Shown here: piece by piece, positions 9,345 to 17,299 of the stretch
Layout: each line of letters starts with the position of its first letter
Numbering within the stretch: the first letter of the stretch is position 1
Assembly (NCBI GenBank): GCA_024277355.1
Contig: JAJRVL010000004.1
Location: 300,001 to 332,000, forward strand
Direction: 5' to 3'
Length of the DNA stretch: 32,000 nucleotides
Origin: an archaeon
Lineage (GTDB): Archaea; Iainarchaeota; Iainarchaeia; Iainarchaeales; 1-14-0-10-31-34
Made by a program: the position numbers and the translations under genes
The notes under the pieces: model-generated
The model's database searches: none
Told to the model about the DNA's origin: nothing
What the model saw: the letters and a program-made list of their open reading frames with translations, nothing else

Positions 9345-9416
9345 AAAGCATTAAAAGTCTTTACTTAAAGTAATTTGAAAGAAAATAAAAAGCTTTAGTT
9401 ACGTCAATTGCAGAAA

Positions 9417-10652
9417 TTATTTGCTGTAATGCCCTTCAACATATTCTTCAATTAACTTAATGAATTCTTCAGTTAATTGTTTTGCGTTTCCTTTTAAAAC
9501 TTTAATTTGTTTGCCGTCAGCAAAAACAGGAGCTGCAGGAGTTTCACCTGAACCAGGCAAACTTAAACCAATATTTGCGTTTTTGCTTTCTCCTGGACCA
9601 TTAACAATACAGCCCATTACTGCAACTTCCATTTTTTCTACTCCTTTAACTCCTTTTTTCTTCCATTCAGGAGTTTTTTTCTGTAAAAATTTTTCTACTT
9701 GTTCGGCTATTTCCTGAAATACAGTACTAGTAGTTCTTCCGCATCCAGGACAAGAAGTTATTTCAGGAGTAAAAAACCTTAAACTTAAAGACTGTAAAAT
9801 TTGCTTGCAGATTTTTACTTCTTCTGTTCTGCTTGTGCCTGGAGTAGGAGTTAAAGAAGTTCTGATTGTATCTCCGATTCCTTTTTGTAATAAAACACTT
9901 AATCCGGCAGTTGAATGAATCGCTCCCTTTAATCCTTGTCCTGCTTCAGTTACCCCTAAATGCAATGCATTATCACATCTTTCAGCAAGCAAAGAATAAG
10001 CTTTAATCATATCCTGAACTCTTGAACTTTTAGTTGAAATTACAATTTTTTTATTTTCTAAACCTAATTCAACTGCTTTGTTTTTGCTTTCAATTGCACT
10101 TGTAACTAAAGCATCAATTAAAACATCAGTATTAGCTTTTGAATAATTATTTTTTGCGTTTTCATCCATTAATCTTGCTAAAACATTTTGGTCTAATGAA
10201 CCCCAATTAACTCCAATTCTAACTGGTTTATCATTATCAACTGCAACTTTAACCATTGCTTCAAAATTTGAGTCATGGCTTTCTCCAAAACCTACATTGC
10301 CTGGATTAATTCTGTATTTATCTAATGCCTGAGCACAATCAGGAAATTTAGTTAACAATAAATGACCGTTATAATGAAAGTCTCCAATTAAAGGAACTTC
10401 ATAATTTTCATCTAACAATGCTTTTTTAATTAAAGGAACTGCTTTTGCTCCTGCATCATCTTTTACAGTAAACCTGACTAATTCACTTCCTGCATCAGCT
10501 AACTCTTTTATTTGATTAACAGTAGCTTTAACATCTTCAGTTGGAGTATTAGTCATTGATTGAATTACAACAGGATTATCTCCTCCAATAATTATGTTTC
10601 CAACTTTAACTGCAATACTTTTTCTTCTCATTAAAAAACTAAATAAGAACAA
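9417..10652 (-). CDS. ispG: 4-hydroxy-3-methylbut-2-en-1-yl diphosphate synthase
   Basis: VVIQSMTNTPTEDVKATVNQI, LVRFTV, GVNWGSLD, LHLGVTEAG, TSCPGCGRT, GCIVNGPGES motifs of GcpE/IspG. Confidence 0.95.
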   Translation of the reverse strand: MFLFSFLMRRKSIAVKVGNIIIGGDNPVVIQSMTNTPTEDVKATVNQIKELADAGSELVRFTVKDDAGAKAVPLIKKALLDENYEVPLIGDFHYNGHLLLTKFPDCAQALDKYRINPGNVGFGESHDSNFEAMVKVAVDNDKPVRIGVNWGSLDQNVLARLMDENAKNNYSKANTDVLIDALVTSAIESKNKAVELGLENKKIVISTKSSRVQDMIKAYSLLAERCDNALHLGVTEAGQGLKGAIHSTAGLSVLLQKGIGDTIRTSLTPTPGTSRTEEVKICKQILQSLSLRFFTPEITSCPGCGRTTSTVFQEIAEQVEKFLQKKTPEWKKKGVKGVEKMEVAVMGCIVNGPGESKNANIGLSLPGSGETPAAPVFADGKQIKVLKGNAKQLTEEFIKLIEEYVEGHYSK

Positions 10653-10731
10653 ATATTTAAAGAAATTGTATTAAAGAACACCTGAAAAGATTTAAGGAAT
10701 ATTAATAAATTTTACTCTCTTTTTTTATTTC

Positions 10732-11586
10732 ATGCATATTCCTGATGGATTTTTATCAATTGAAATTTCACTTTTATTCTGGATAATTTCTTTTATTGTT
10801 GTTTCATTTTCTTTTAAAAAATTAAAAAAGAATTCAAAAAAAATTATTTTATTTGGTTTAGCAGGAGCAGTAATTTTTCTTGCACAAATGTTTAATTTTC
10901 CTGTTTTAGGAGGCACATCAGGACATTTAATTTTAGGAGGACTGCTTGCATTACTTTTAGGATTTGATTCAGCAGTAATCATAATGGCTTCAGTTTTGTT
11001 TATTCAGTCAGCAGTATTCCATGACGGCGGAATTTTTTCATTAGGGGCAAATGTTTTCAATATGGCGATTATTTCTCCTTTTGCTGCAGTAAAAACAAAA
11101 CAATTAATAAAAAATAATTTTTCTGTTTTAATTGCAGGAATACTTTCAGTTTTAACTGCTGTATTTCTTGTTTCATTGCAGTTGTTTTTTTCAGGAACAA
11201 CAGAATTAATGCCTGTATTAAATTCAATGCTTTTAGTTCATTTAGTAATTGGATTAATTGAAGGAATTTTTTCTTTTTGTGTTTATTATATTTTAATTAA
11301 CAAAAATATTTCATTAAAAATTAATCCAAAAAAAATAATTCTTGCTTCAATAATTATTGGATTAATTATTGTGCCTTTTGCTTCTGCTCTGCCTGATGGA
11401 TTAGAAAAAACAGCAGAAAAACTTGAATTTAATGAACTTGCATTAAATTCAATGACTCCAATAACAGTAATGGCAGACTATTTGTTTCCAGGAATAGAAA
11501 ATGAATTAATTGCAGTTTCTTTAGCCGGCTTTTTTGGTTCAGTAATAGTTTTTTCATTAATTTTTATTTTAATGAAACCAAAATGA
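10732..11586 (+). CDS. CbiM/NikM-like ECF metal transporter substrate-binding component with fused C-terminal PDGLE region
   Basis: N-terminal MHIPDGFLS, QMFNFPVLGGTSGHLILGG, and C-terminal SALPDGLEKTAEKL...PDYLFPG-like region. Confidence 0.88.
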   Translation: MHIPDGFLSIEISLLFWIISFIVVSFSFKKLKKNSKKIILFGLAGAVIFLAQMFNFPVLGGTSGHLILGGLLALLLGFDSAVIIMASVLFIQSAVFHDGGIFSLGANVFNMAIISPFAAVKTKQLIKNNFSVLIAGILSVLTAVFLVSLQLFFSGTTELMPVLNSMLLVHLVIGLIEGIFSFCVYYILINKNISLKINPKKIILASIIIGLIIVPFASALPDGLEKTAEKLEFNELALNSMTPITVMADYLFPGIENELIAVSLAGFFGSVIVFSLIFILMKPK

Positions 11587-12377
11587 TTTTTTATATGCAA
11601 AAAAACAAAACAATACTACTCTTATTTCTTTTAATTTTTTTATCTGCATGCATACAAAATAATAATTCATTTAACTGCGAAAACGGAAAAACTTATTTTG
11701 TTTCAAGAATAATAGATGGAGATACAATTGAAGCAGAAAACAAAAAAATAAGATTAAATGGAATTAATACTCCTGAAAAAAAAGAAGCCTGTTTTAATAA
11801 AGCAAAAGAATTCTTAGAAAAAGAAATTTTAGAAAAAAAAGTTTTAATTAAAGAAAAAGGAACAGACAAATACGGAAGAATTATAGGAAGTGTTTGTGTT
11901 AACGGAAAATCAGTAAACAAAGAATTAATTAAACAAGGCTTAGCCCATTATGCTTTTACTGAATCAGAAGAATTAAAAAAAATACAGGAAAAAGCAATAA
12001 AAGAAAACAAAGGATGCTTATGGAAAAAAGGAACAGACAAATACATTCAGGAAAAATGCATTAAATTAAAAAAACTTGAATTTAATCAGAAAAACTTTAA
12101 CGGAGAGTTTGTTGAATTTTCAAATGACTGCAATTATTCAATTGACTTAAATGGATTTTATTTAAAAGATGAAGCAACACACTTGTATTTTTTTCCTGCA
12201 ATAGAACTGAAAGGAAAATCTTTTGTAAGAGTTTTCTCTGAAAAAGGAATTAATTCAGGAAACGAATTATATTGGGGAAAAGGAAACATCTGGAATAATG
12301 ATTCAGACCAGTTATTTTTAAGAAATGAAAAAGGATTTTTAATTGTTTATTTTGAATACAACAATACTTTAAATTAA
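11583..12377 (+). CDS. Lipoprotein: thermonuclease (SNase-like) domain plus C-terminal lamin-tail-like domain
   Basis: Lipobox LSAC; VSRIIDGDTIEAENKKIRLNGINTPEKK...KGTDKYGRIIGSVCVNGKSVNKELIKQGLAHY; then EFVEFSNDCNYSIDLNGFYLKDEA. Confidence 0.85.
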   Translation: MIFYMQKNKTILLLFLLIFLSACIQNNNSFNCENGKTYFVSRIIDGDTIEAENKKIRLNGINTPEKKEACFNKAKEFLEKEILEKKVLIKEKGTDKYGRIIGSVCVNGKSVNKELIKQGLAHYAFTESEELKKIQEKAIKENKGCLWKKGTDKYIQEKCIKLKKLEFNQKNFNGEFVEFSNDCNYSIDLNGFYLKDEATHLYFFPAIELKGKSFVRVFSEKGINSGNELYWGKGNIWNNDSDQLFLRNEKGFLIVYFEYNNTLN

Positions 12378-12398
12378 ATTTCCTTTACTATTTTAATA

Positions 12399-13142
12399 AT
12401 GCAGTTAATTTATATTTTTGGAAGCGTTATATTAGTAAGTTTAATTTCTTTAATTGGAGTATTTACTTTAGGATTAAATAAAGAATTCTTAAGCAAAATA
12501 CTGCTTTATTTAGTTAGTTTTTCTGCAGGTTCATTATTTGGAGGAACATTTATTCACTTACTTCCTGAAGCAGTGGAAGAATATGGTTTTGGAACAGAAA
12601 TATCAGTTTTTCTTTTATCCGGAATAGTTGTATTTTTTGTTATAGAAAAAACAATTCACTGGCACCACTGCCACGGCTATCCTTCTGGAAAATGCGAACA
12701 CAAAAGTTTTACTTATATGAATTTAATTGGAGATGGAATACACAACTTTATTGACGGAATGGTAATAGCAGGAAGTTATCTGGCAAACACAACACTAGGA
12801 ATAACAACAACAATAGCAGTACTATTGCACGAAATCCCTCAGGAAATAGGCGATTATGCAGTATTAATTCACGGAGGATTCAGCAAAAAAAAAGCATTAT
12901 TAATGAATTTTCTTTCAGCTTTAACTTCAATACTTGGAGCAGCAACAATAATATTTATTTCAACAACAACAGAAAACATTCTGGCAATACTTCTTCCATT
13001 TACTGCAGGAAGCTTTATTTACATTGCAGGCTCAGATTTAATTCCAGAATTACACAAAGAATATGAATTAAAAAAATCAATCGGATTATTAATTTCATTT
13101 ATTGCAGGAATAACAATAATGTTTTTGCTGACTTTTATATAA
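12399..13142 (+). CDS. ZIP-family metal transporter
   Basis: HLLPEAVEE, CHGYPSGKCEHKS, NLIGDGIHNFIDGMVIAGSYL, LLHEIPQEIGDYAVLIHGG motifs. Confidence 0.92.
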   Translation: MQLIYIFGSVILVSLISLIGVFTLGLNKEFLSKILLYLVSFSAGSLFGGTFIHLLPEAVEEYGFGTEISVFLLSGIVVFFVIEKTIHWHHCHGYPSGKCEHKSFTYMNLIGDGIHNFIDGMVIAGSYLANTTLGITTTIAVLLHEIPQEIGDYAVLIHGGFSKKKALLMNFLSALTSILGAATIIFISTTTENILAILLPFTAGSFIYIAGSDLIPELHKEYELKKSIGLLISFIAGITIMFLLTFI

Positions 13143-13148
13143 TAAAAA

Positions 13149-13181
13149 GGTTTAAAAAGACTATTGTACATTTGTACACTT
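13149..13181 (+). promoter_or_regulatory. Putative promoter and operator of the ArsR-type gene
   Basis: TATA-like TTTAAAAA at 13151-13158 and palindrome TGTACA-TT-TGTACA at 13165-13178, 3 nt before the ATG at 13182. Confidence 0.5.
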
Positions 13182-13433
13182 ATGCAAGTGTTTAAATCTC
13201 TTTCATGCGATTCAAAAGTAAAAATCCTTGAACTTTTGTTAAAAGACAATCACGACTGCAGTAATTCCCTTTCAAAAAAAATTAAGTTGGATCCTTCAAC
13301 TGTTTCTAGACATTTAAAGGAATTAACTAATGCAGGATTAATTAAAATGCAGAAAAAAGGAAAAAGCATTGAATGTGTTGTCTTAAACAAAAAAAAAGTT
13401 TCATTGCTTTTAAAGACTGCAAGAGAGATATAA
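13182..13433 (+). CDS. ArsR-family winged-helix regulator
   Basis: MQVFKSLSCDSKVKILELLLKD...LSKKIKLDPSTVSRHLKELTNAGLI. Start at internal ATG; the supplied ORF starts at 13164. Confidence 0.85.
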   Translation: MQVFKSLSCDSKVKILELLLKDNHDCSNSLSKKIKLDPSTVSRHLKELTNAGLIKMQKKGKSIECVVLNKKKVSLLLKTAREI

Positions 13434-13436
13434 ATA

Positions 13437-13688
13437 ATGCAAAATGAGGCAAATAAAATGAGTGTAATAATTTATTCAACACAAACATGCCCTTATTGTA
13501 ACATGGCTAAAGCTTACTTTAAGGAAAAAGGAGTCGAATTCACAGAATACGACGTAGGACAAGACCAAGAAAAAGCAAAAGAAATGATTGAAAAATCAGG
13601 ACAGCAAGGTGTACCAGTAATTGACATTAACGGAACAATCATCACAGGCTTTGATAAAACAAAAATTGATGAAGCATTAGGGCAATAA
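13437..13688 (+). CDS. Glutaredoxin-like protein
   Basis: VIIYSTQTCPYCNMAKAYFKEKGVEF...GQQGVPVIDINGTIITGFD; CPYC active site. Confidence 0.93.
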   Translation: MQNEANKMSVIIYSTQTCPYCNMAKAYFKEKGVEFTEYDVGQDQEKAKEMIEKSGQQGVPVIDINGTIITGFDKTKIDEALGQ

Positions 13689-13782
13689 AAAGCCTTAATT
13701 CTTATTCTTTTTTAAACATTTTCTGAAACTTTTCTTTAATACAAAAAATGTTTTGTTTATTTATGCATTCAAAACAGTTTTT

Positions 13783-13982
13783 GCCCTGGTCGTCTAGTGG
13801 TTAGGATACAGCCCTGTCAATCCACCCTTTCTTTTTAGAAAAAAGAAAGTGTAAGTTGCCTAAAAAAAACTTGTTTGAAATAAAACGGTTTTTTCTTTTT
13901 GGACAACTTGTACTTTTTCTTTTTTCCAAAAAAGAAAAAGGACAGAAAGGCTGTGACTCGGGTTCAAGTCCCGGCCAGGGCG
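13783..13982 (+). tRNA. tRNA-Asp(GUC), intron-containing; exons 13783-13819 and 13948-13982
   Basis: Acceptor GCCCTGG/CCAGGGC + G73; D arm GTCT...GGAT; anticodon stem CAGCC/GGCTG, anticodon GTC; T arm TCGGG-TTCAAGT-CCCGG. Confidence 0.94.
13820..13947 (+). other. 128-nt intron of tRNA-Asp(GUC) with bulge-helix-bulge at 37/38
   Basis: CTGTC (13814-13818) pairs with GACAG (13941-13945), flanked by 3-nt bulges AAT (13819-13821) and AAA (13946-13948). Splicing in these bulges gives 37/38. Confidence 0.88.
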
Positions 13983-14012
13983 TAAAACTTTTAAAAAAAA
14001 GTTTTATCAAAA

Positions 14013-14116
14013 CAACTGTTTCGGCAGTTGAGTGCGATATGCTATCTTACGATAGCAGTGCTTGGAATTCGCGGTTGCGTCCGCGAGCAACGCGTGCTAT
14101 CTAAAGATAGCACTGC
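14013..14116. ncRNA. Candidate structured RNA or palindromic element, locally GC-rich
   Basis: Hairpins CAACTG/CAGTTG (14013-14030), TGCTATC/GATAGCA (14040-14057), CGCGGTTGC/GCAACGCG (14070-14094, one bulge), TGCTATC/GATAGCA (14095-14112). Confidence 0.45.
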
Positions 14117-14227
14117 AATAAACTCTCACTATTTAGACAAAAAATCACGCCAACAATAAATTAATAAAAAGTTTATATGCGAATATTATGTTCATTCTGA
14201 TTTTACAGAATTGACTAAGGGATTAAA

Positions 14228-15469
14228 ATGCAGTTTTTAGATGAATTCAAAAAAGGTTTAATGTGGGGCATGCTTACAAGTGTAGACTTGTTTGAATGTA
14301 ATCCAAAAAAAATTCGTTCAAAACAAGACATTAAAGAATATGTTAAACAATTATGCAAAAAAATTGACATGAAAACTTTTGGAGAAACAATTGTAGTAAG
14401 ATTTGGTAAAGACAAAAGAGTTCAAGGTTACTCAATGACGCAATTAATTGAAACTTCTTTAATCAGCGGTCATTTTGCTGAAAACACTAATTCAGCTTAC
14501 TTGGATATTTTCAGCTGTAAATATTATAATGCAGAAGAAGTAGAAGATTTCTCTAAAAAATTTTTTGAAGCAAAAAAATCAGAGTCAAATATTACTTTCA
14601 GAAAAATGCCTGAAGCAGCAAAAAATAAATTACTTGACATTCCTAATTCAAAAAACTGGTTTTTTGAATCAATTGAATTTAATCAGGGAAGAGCTTTAGC
14701 ATTAAAAGCCAAACAATTATATTCAACTCAAAGTTCTTTTCAAAAAATAGAAGTATATAATACTAATTCTTTTGGAAAAATGCTTGTATTAGACGGAGCA
14801 ATACAATTAACTCAAGCAGATGAATTTGCTTATCACGAAATGATAGTGCACCCTGCATTAAATACTCATCCTAAAACAGAAAAAGTTTTAATTATTGGCG
14901 GAGCAGACGGCGGAACAGCAAGAGAAACAGCAAAACACAAAACAATAAAAGAAATTCATTTATGTGATTTAGATAAAAAAGTTGTTTTAACATCAAAAAA
15001 ATTCCTGCCTTTTACTGCAGCAGGATTAAAAGATAAAAGATTAAGTGTTTTTCATAAAGATGGATTTAAGTTTTTAAAAGAAAAAGAAAATTATTATGAT
15101 GTAATAATAATTGATTCAACTGATCCAATTGGAGTCGGAAAAATATTATTTAGTTCAAAGTTTTTTAAACTTGTATTTAATTCATTAAAAAAAGACGGAA
15201 TAATGGTTAATCAATTTCAAAGCATGTTTTATGAAAAAAAATTAATTAAAGAAATAACAAAAACAATAAAGAAAATTTTCCCTAAATTCTGGTATTATTA
15301 TACTTTAGTTCCTTCATATCCTTCTGGAACAATAGGTTTTGGTTTTGCAAGCAAAAAACATTCTCCTTTAAATCCAAAAAATAAAAACATTAAGGACTTG
15401 AAGTATTATAATTTAGAAATCCATAAAGCAAGTTTTGTTTTGCCTAAATTTATGGAAAAAATAGTTTAA
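14228..15469 (+). CDS. Fusion: N-terminal SpeD-like (AdoMet decarboxylase fold) domain plus C-terminal spermidine synthase-like aminopropyltransferase
   Basis: N-terminus VDLFECNPKKI...GYSMTQLIETSLISGHFAENTNSAYLDIFSCK; C-terminus DEFAYHEMIVHPAL, VLIIGGADGGTARETAKH, IIDSTDPIGVG. Confidence 0.82.
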   Translation: MQFLDEFKKGLMWGMLTSVDLFECNPKKIRSKQDIKEYVKQLCKKIDMKTFGETIVVRFGKDKRVQGYSMTQLIETSLISGHFAENTNSAYLDIFSCKYYNAEEVEDFSKKFFEAKKSESNITFRKMPEAAKNKLLDIPNSKNWFFESIEFNQGRALALKAKQLYSTQSSFQKIEVYNTNSFGKMLVLDGAIQLTQADEFAYHEMIVHPALNTHPKTEKVLIIGGADGGTARETAKHKTIKEIHLCDLDKKVVLTSKKFLPFTAAGLKDKRLSVFHKDGFKFLKEKENYYDVIIIDSTDPIGVGKILFSSKFFKLVFNSLKKDGIMVNQFQSMFYEKKLIKEITKTIKKIFPKFWYYYTLVPSYPSGTIGFGFASKKHSPLNPKNKNIKDLKYYNLEIHKASFVLPKFMEKIV

Positions 15470-16590
15470 TATAATTTCATTGAAGAATCAAGCCAACCTG
15501 AATGGTTGTCTGCTTTTCTTCTAAAAATAGTTCCTAATAATTCAGGGTTTCTTGCCTGATGCTGTTTAAAATAAATATAACCTTTAGACAACCCTAAAAT
15601 TTCAATTTTTCCTCTTTTATGAGACATCATATACTTGAATCTTTTGCTGTGTCCATTCATTTTCTTTTTTGCTTCTTCAACTATTTTACATCCTTCAGCA
15701 ATAGATAATTCAAATTCATGTTTTACTCTTTTAACCGGACGGCATTGGAAAACATAATAAGGATTTACTCCAACTGAAACAAGTTTATTCATTAATTCTG
15801 CTAAAACATCAGGATTATCATTTACTCCTTTAAGCAGTACAGTCTGATTATTTACAATTACTTTTGATCCAAGCAATGCATCAATTGCCTGAATTGATTT
15901 AGAAGTTAATTCTCTTGGATGATTAAAATGAGTTACAATATAAAGTCTTTTTCTTTTGAATGAATGTTTTGAAAATAATTTCAGTAAATTTTTATCCTGA
16001 CTTATTCTGTCAGGAAAAACCACTGGAACTCTGCTTCCAATTCTAATAAAATCTAAATGATCTATATCTGCAAGCCCATCTAAAAATTGCTTTAAAACTT
16101 TTGTCGGCAAAGTTAAAGGATCTCCACCTGAAATTAAAACATTATTAATTTCATTGTGTTTTTCAATGTAATTTATTGCTTCATCAAATCTCTTTAACAC
16201 TTCTGAATCAGACAACCCAACTAATCTTTTCCTGAAACAAAAACGACAGTAAGCAGCACACCTGTTAGTTGAAAGCATTAAAGCAGTCTGAGAATATTTA
16301 TGCTGTAATCCTACGCTTTTAGTATTTTCTTTTTCTCCGCTTGTATCATAAGTTCCTAAAGGATTTAATTCTTCTTTTGAAGGAACAACAAGTCTTCTAA
16401 TTGGATCTTTTTTGTCTTCTTTGTTAATTAAAGATAAATAATATTTAGTTATACTCATTGGATGCATTTCAATTGCTTTTTTTATTGCTTTTTCTTCCAT
16501 TGGAGTTAAATGAATATATTTTTTTAATTCAGAAACAGTAGTAATATTTTCTTTTAATTTATTTCTCCAATACATTAAACAAAACTCCAA
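15466..16590 (-). CDS. Lysine 2,3-aminomutase (KamA)-family radical SAM enzyme
   Basis: TNRCAAYCRFCFRKRLVG (CxxxCxxC), NNVLISGGDPLTLPTKVL, RIGSRVPVVFPDRI, NNQTVLLKGVND, RPVKRVKHE. Confidence 0.92.
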   Translation of the reverse strand: MEFCLMYWRNKLKENITTVSELKKYIHLTPMEEKAIKKAIEMHPMSITKYYLSLINKEDKKDPIRRLVVPSKEELNPLGTYDTSGEKENTKSVGLQHKYSQTALMLSTNRCAAYCRFCFRKRLVGLSDSEVLKRFDEAINYIEKHNEINNVLISGGDPLTLPTKVLKQFLDGLADIDHLDFIRIGSRVPVVFPDRISQDKNLLKLFSKHSFKRKRLYIVTHFNHPRELTSKSIQAIDALLGSKVIVNNQTVLLKGVNDNPDVLAELMNKLVSVGVNPYYVFQCRPVKRVKHEFELSIAEGCKIVEEAKKKMNGHSKRFKYMMSHKRGKIEILGLSKGYIYFKQHQARNPELLGTIFRRKADNHSGWLDSSMKLY

Positions 16591-16663
16591 TACTTAAAAT
16601 TAAAAATAAAAACTCACTTAAGGGTTACTATTAGTATAAAAAAAATAAAAAAAGATTAATTAA

Positions 16664-17257
16664 TTATTTTTCTTCTTTTTTTTCGGTTTTCTTTGATTTT
16701 TCTTTAGTTTCTTTTTCTTTTTTTTCTTCTTTGATTTCTTTTTTTGTTTCTGTTTTAGTTTCTTTTGCTGATTCAACTGGTTTTGTTTTTGAGTTTTCTT
16801 CTGTTTTTTTTGATTCATGTTTCTTTTCAGTTTTATTATGTTTTCTTTTTTGTTTTTTTGGTTTTGATTCAGTAAACTCAACTAAAACTGCATTAATTGT
16901 TCCATGCTGTCCTGGTCTTGAAACAACTTTAGCGTGCTTTTTTCCGTTTAATTCAACTTCAATTATTGCACCTTTAGTAATAATATTTCTTCTTGCATAC
17001 TGCCTGTTAGCATTATTTTCAGCAATTGTAAGAATTTTTGCTTTAGAAGTTTTTTTTGTTGAAAGGTCAGTTATATTTGCATGAATTGCATATCTAACCT
17101 GCCTTTTTGCAGTACTTCCTCTTCCATTTACTTCAACTCTTTCTTCTTTTTCTGATAATCTTGTCTGTGAAAAAAGATTTCCTTTCCAAGCTAATTTTTT
17201 TGTACTTCTTCTGGAAGTTCTTCTTCTTCCTCCGCTGACTTTTCTGTCAGACTTCAT
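16664..17257 (-). CDS. 30S ribosomal protein S8e with Lys/Glu-rich C-terminal extension
   Basis: MKSDRKVSGGRRRTSRRSTKKLAWKGN...NANRQYARRNIITKGAIIEVELNGKKHAKVVSRPGQHGTINAVLVE, then a long K/E tail. The supplied ORF starts at 17272. Confidence 0.92.
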   Translation of the reverse strand: MKSDRKVSGGRRRTSRRSTKKLAWKGNLFSQTRLSEKEERVEVNGRGSTAKRQVRYAIHANITDLSTKKTSKAKILTIAENNANRQYARRNIITKGAIIEVELNGKKHAKVVSRPGQHGTINAVLVEFTESKPKKQKRKHNKTEKKHESKKTEENSKTKPVESAKETKTETKKEIKEEKKEKETKEKSKKTEKKEEK

Positions 17258-17299
17258 ATGCCATTGAACCATTTTTTTACACCTATAATAATTTTAACA

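Noticed and set aside
13801-14104. ORFs 13801..14010 (-) and 13856..14104 (+)
   Set aside because: They run through tRNA-Asp, its intron and the palindromic element; composition reflects RNA structure, not protein.
16660-17084. ORFs 16660..16881 and 16731..17084 in the S8e region
   Set aside because: Shadows of the S8e gene and its repetitive K/E tail; the real product is clearly S8e.
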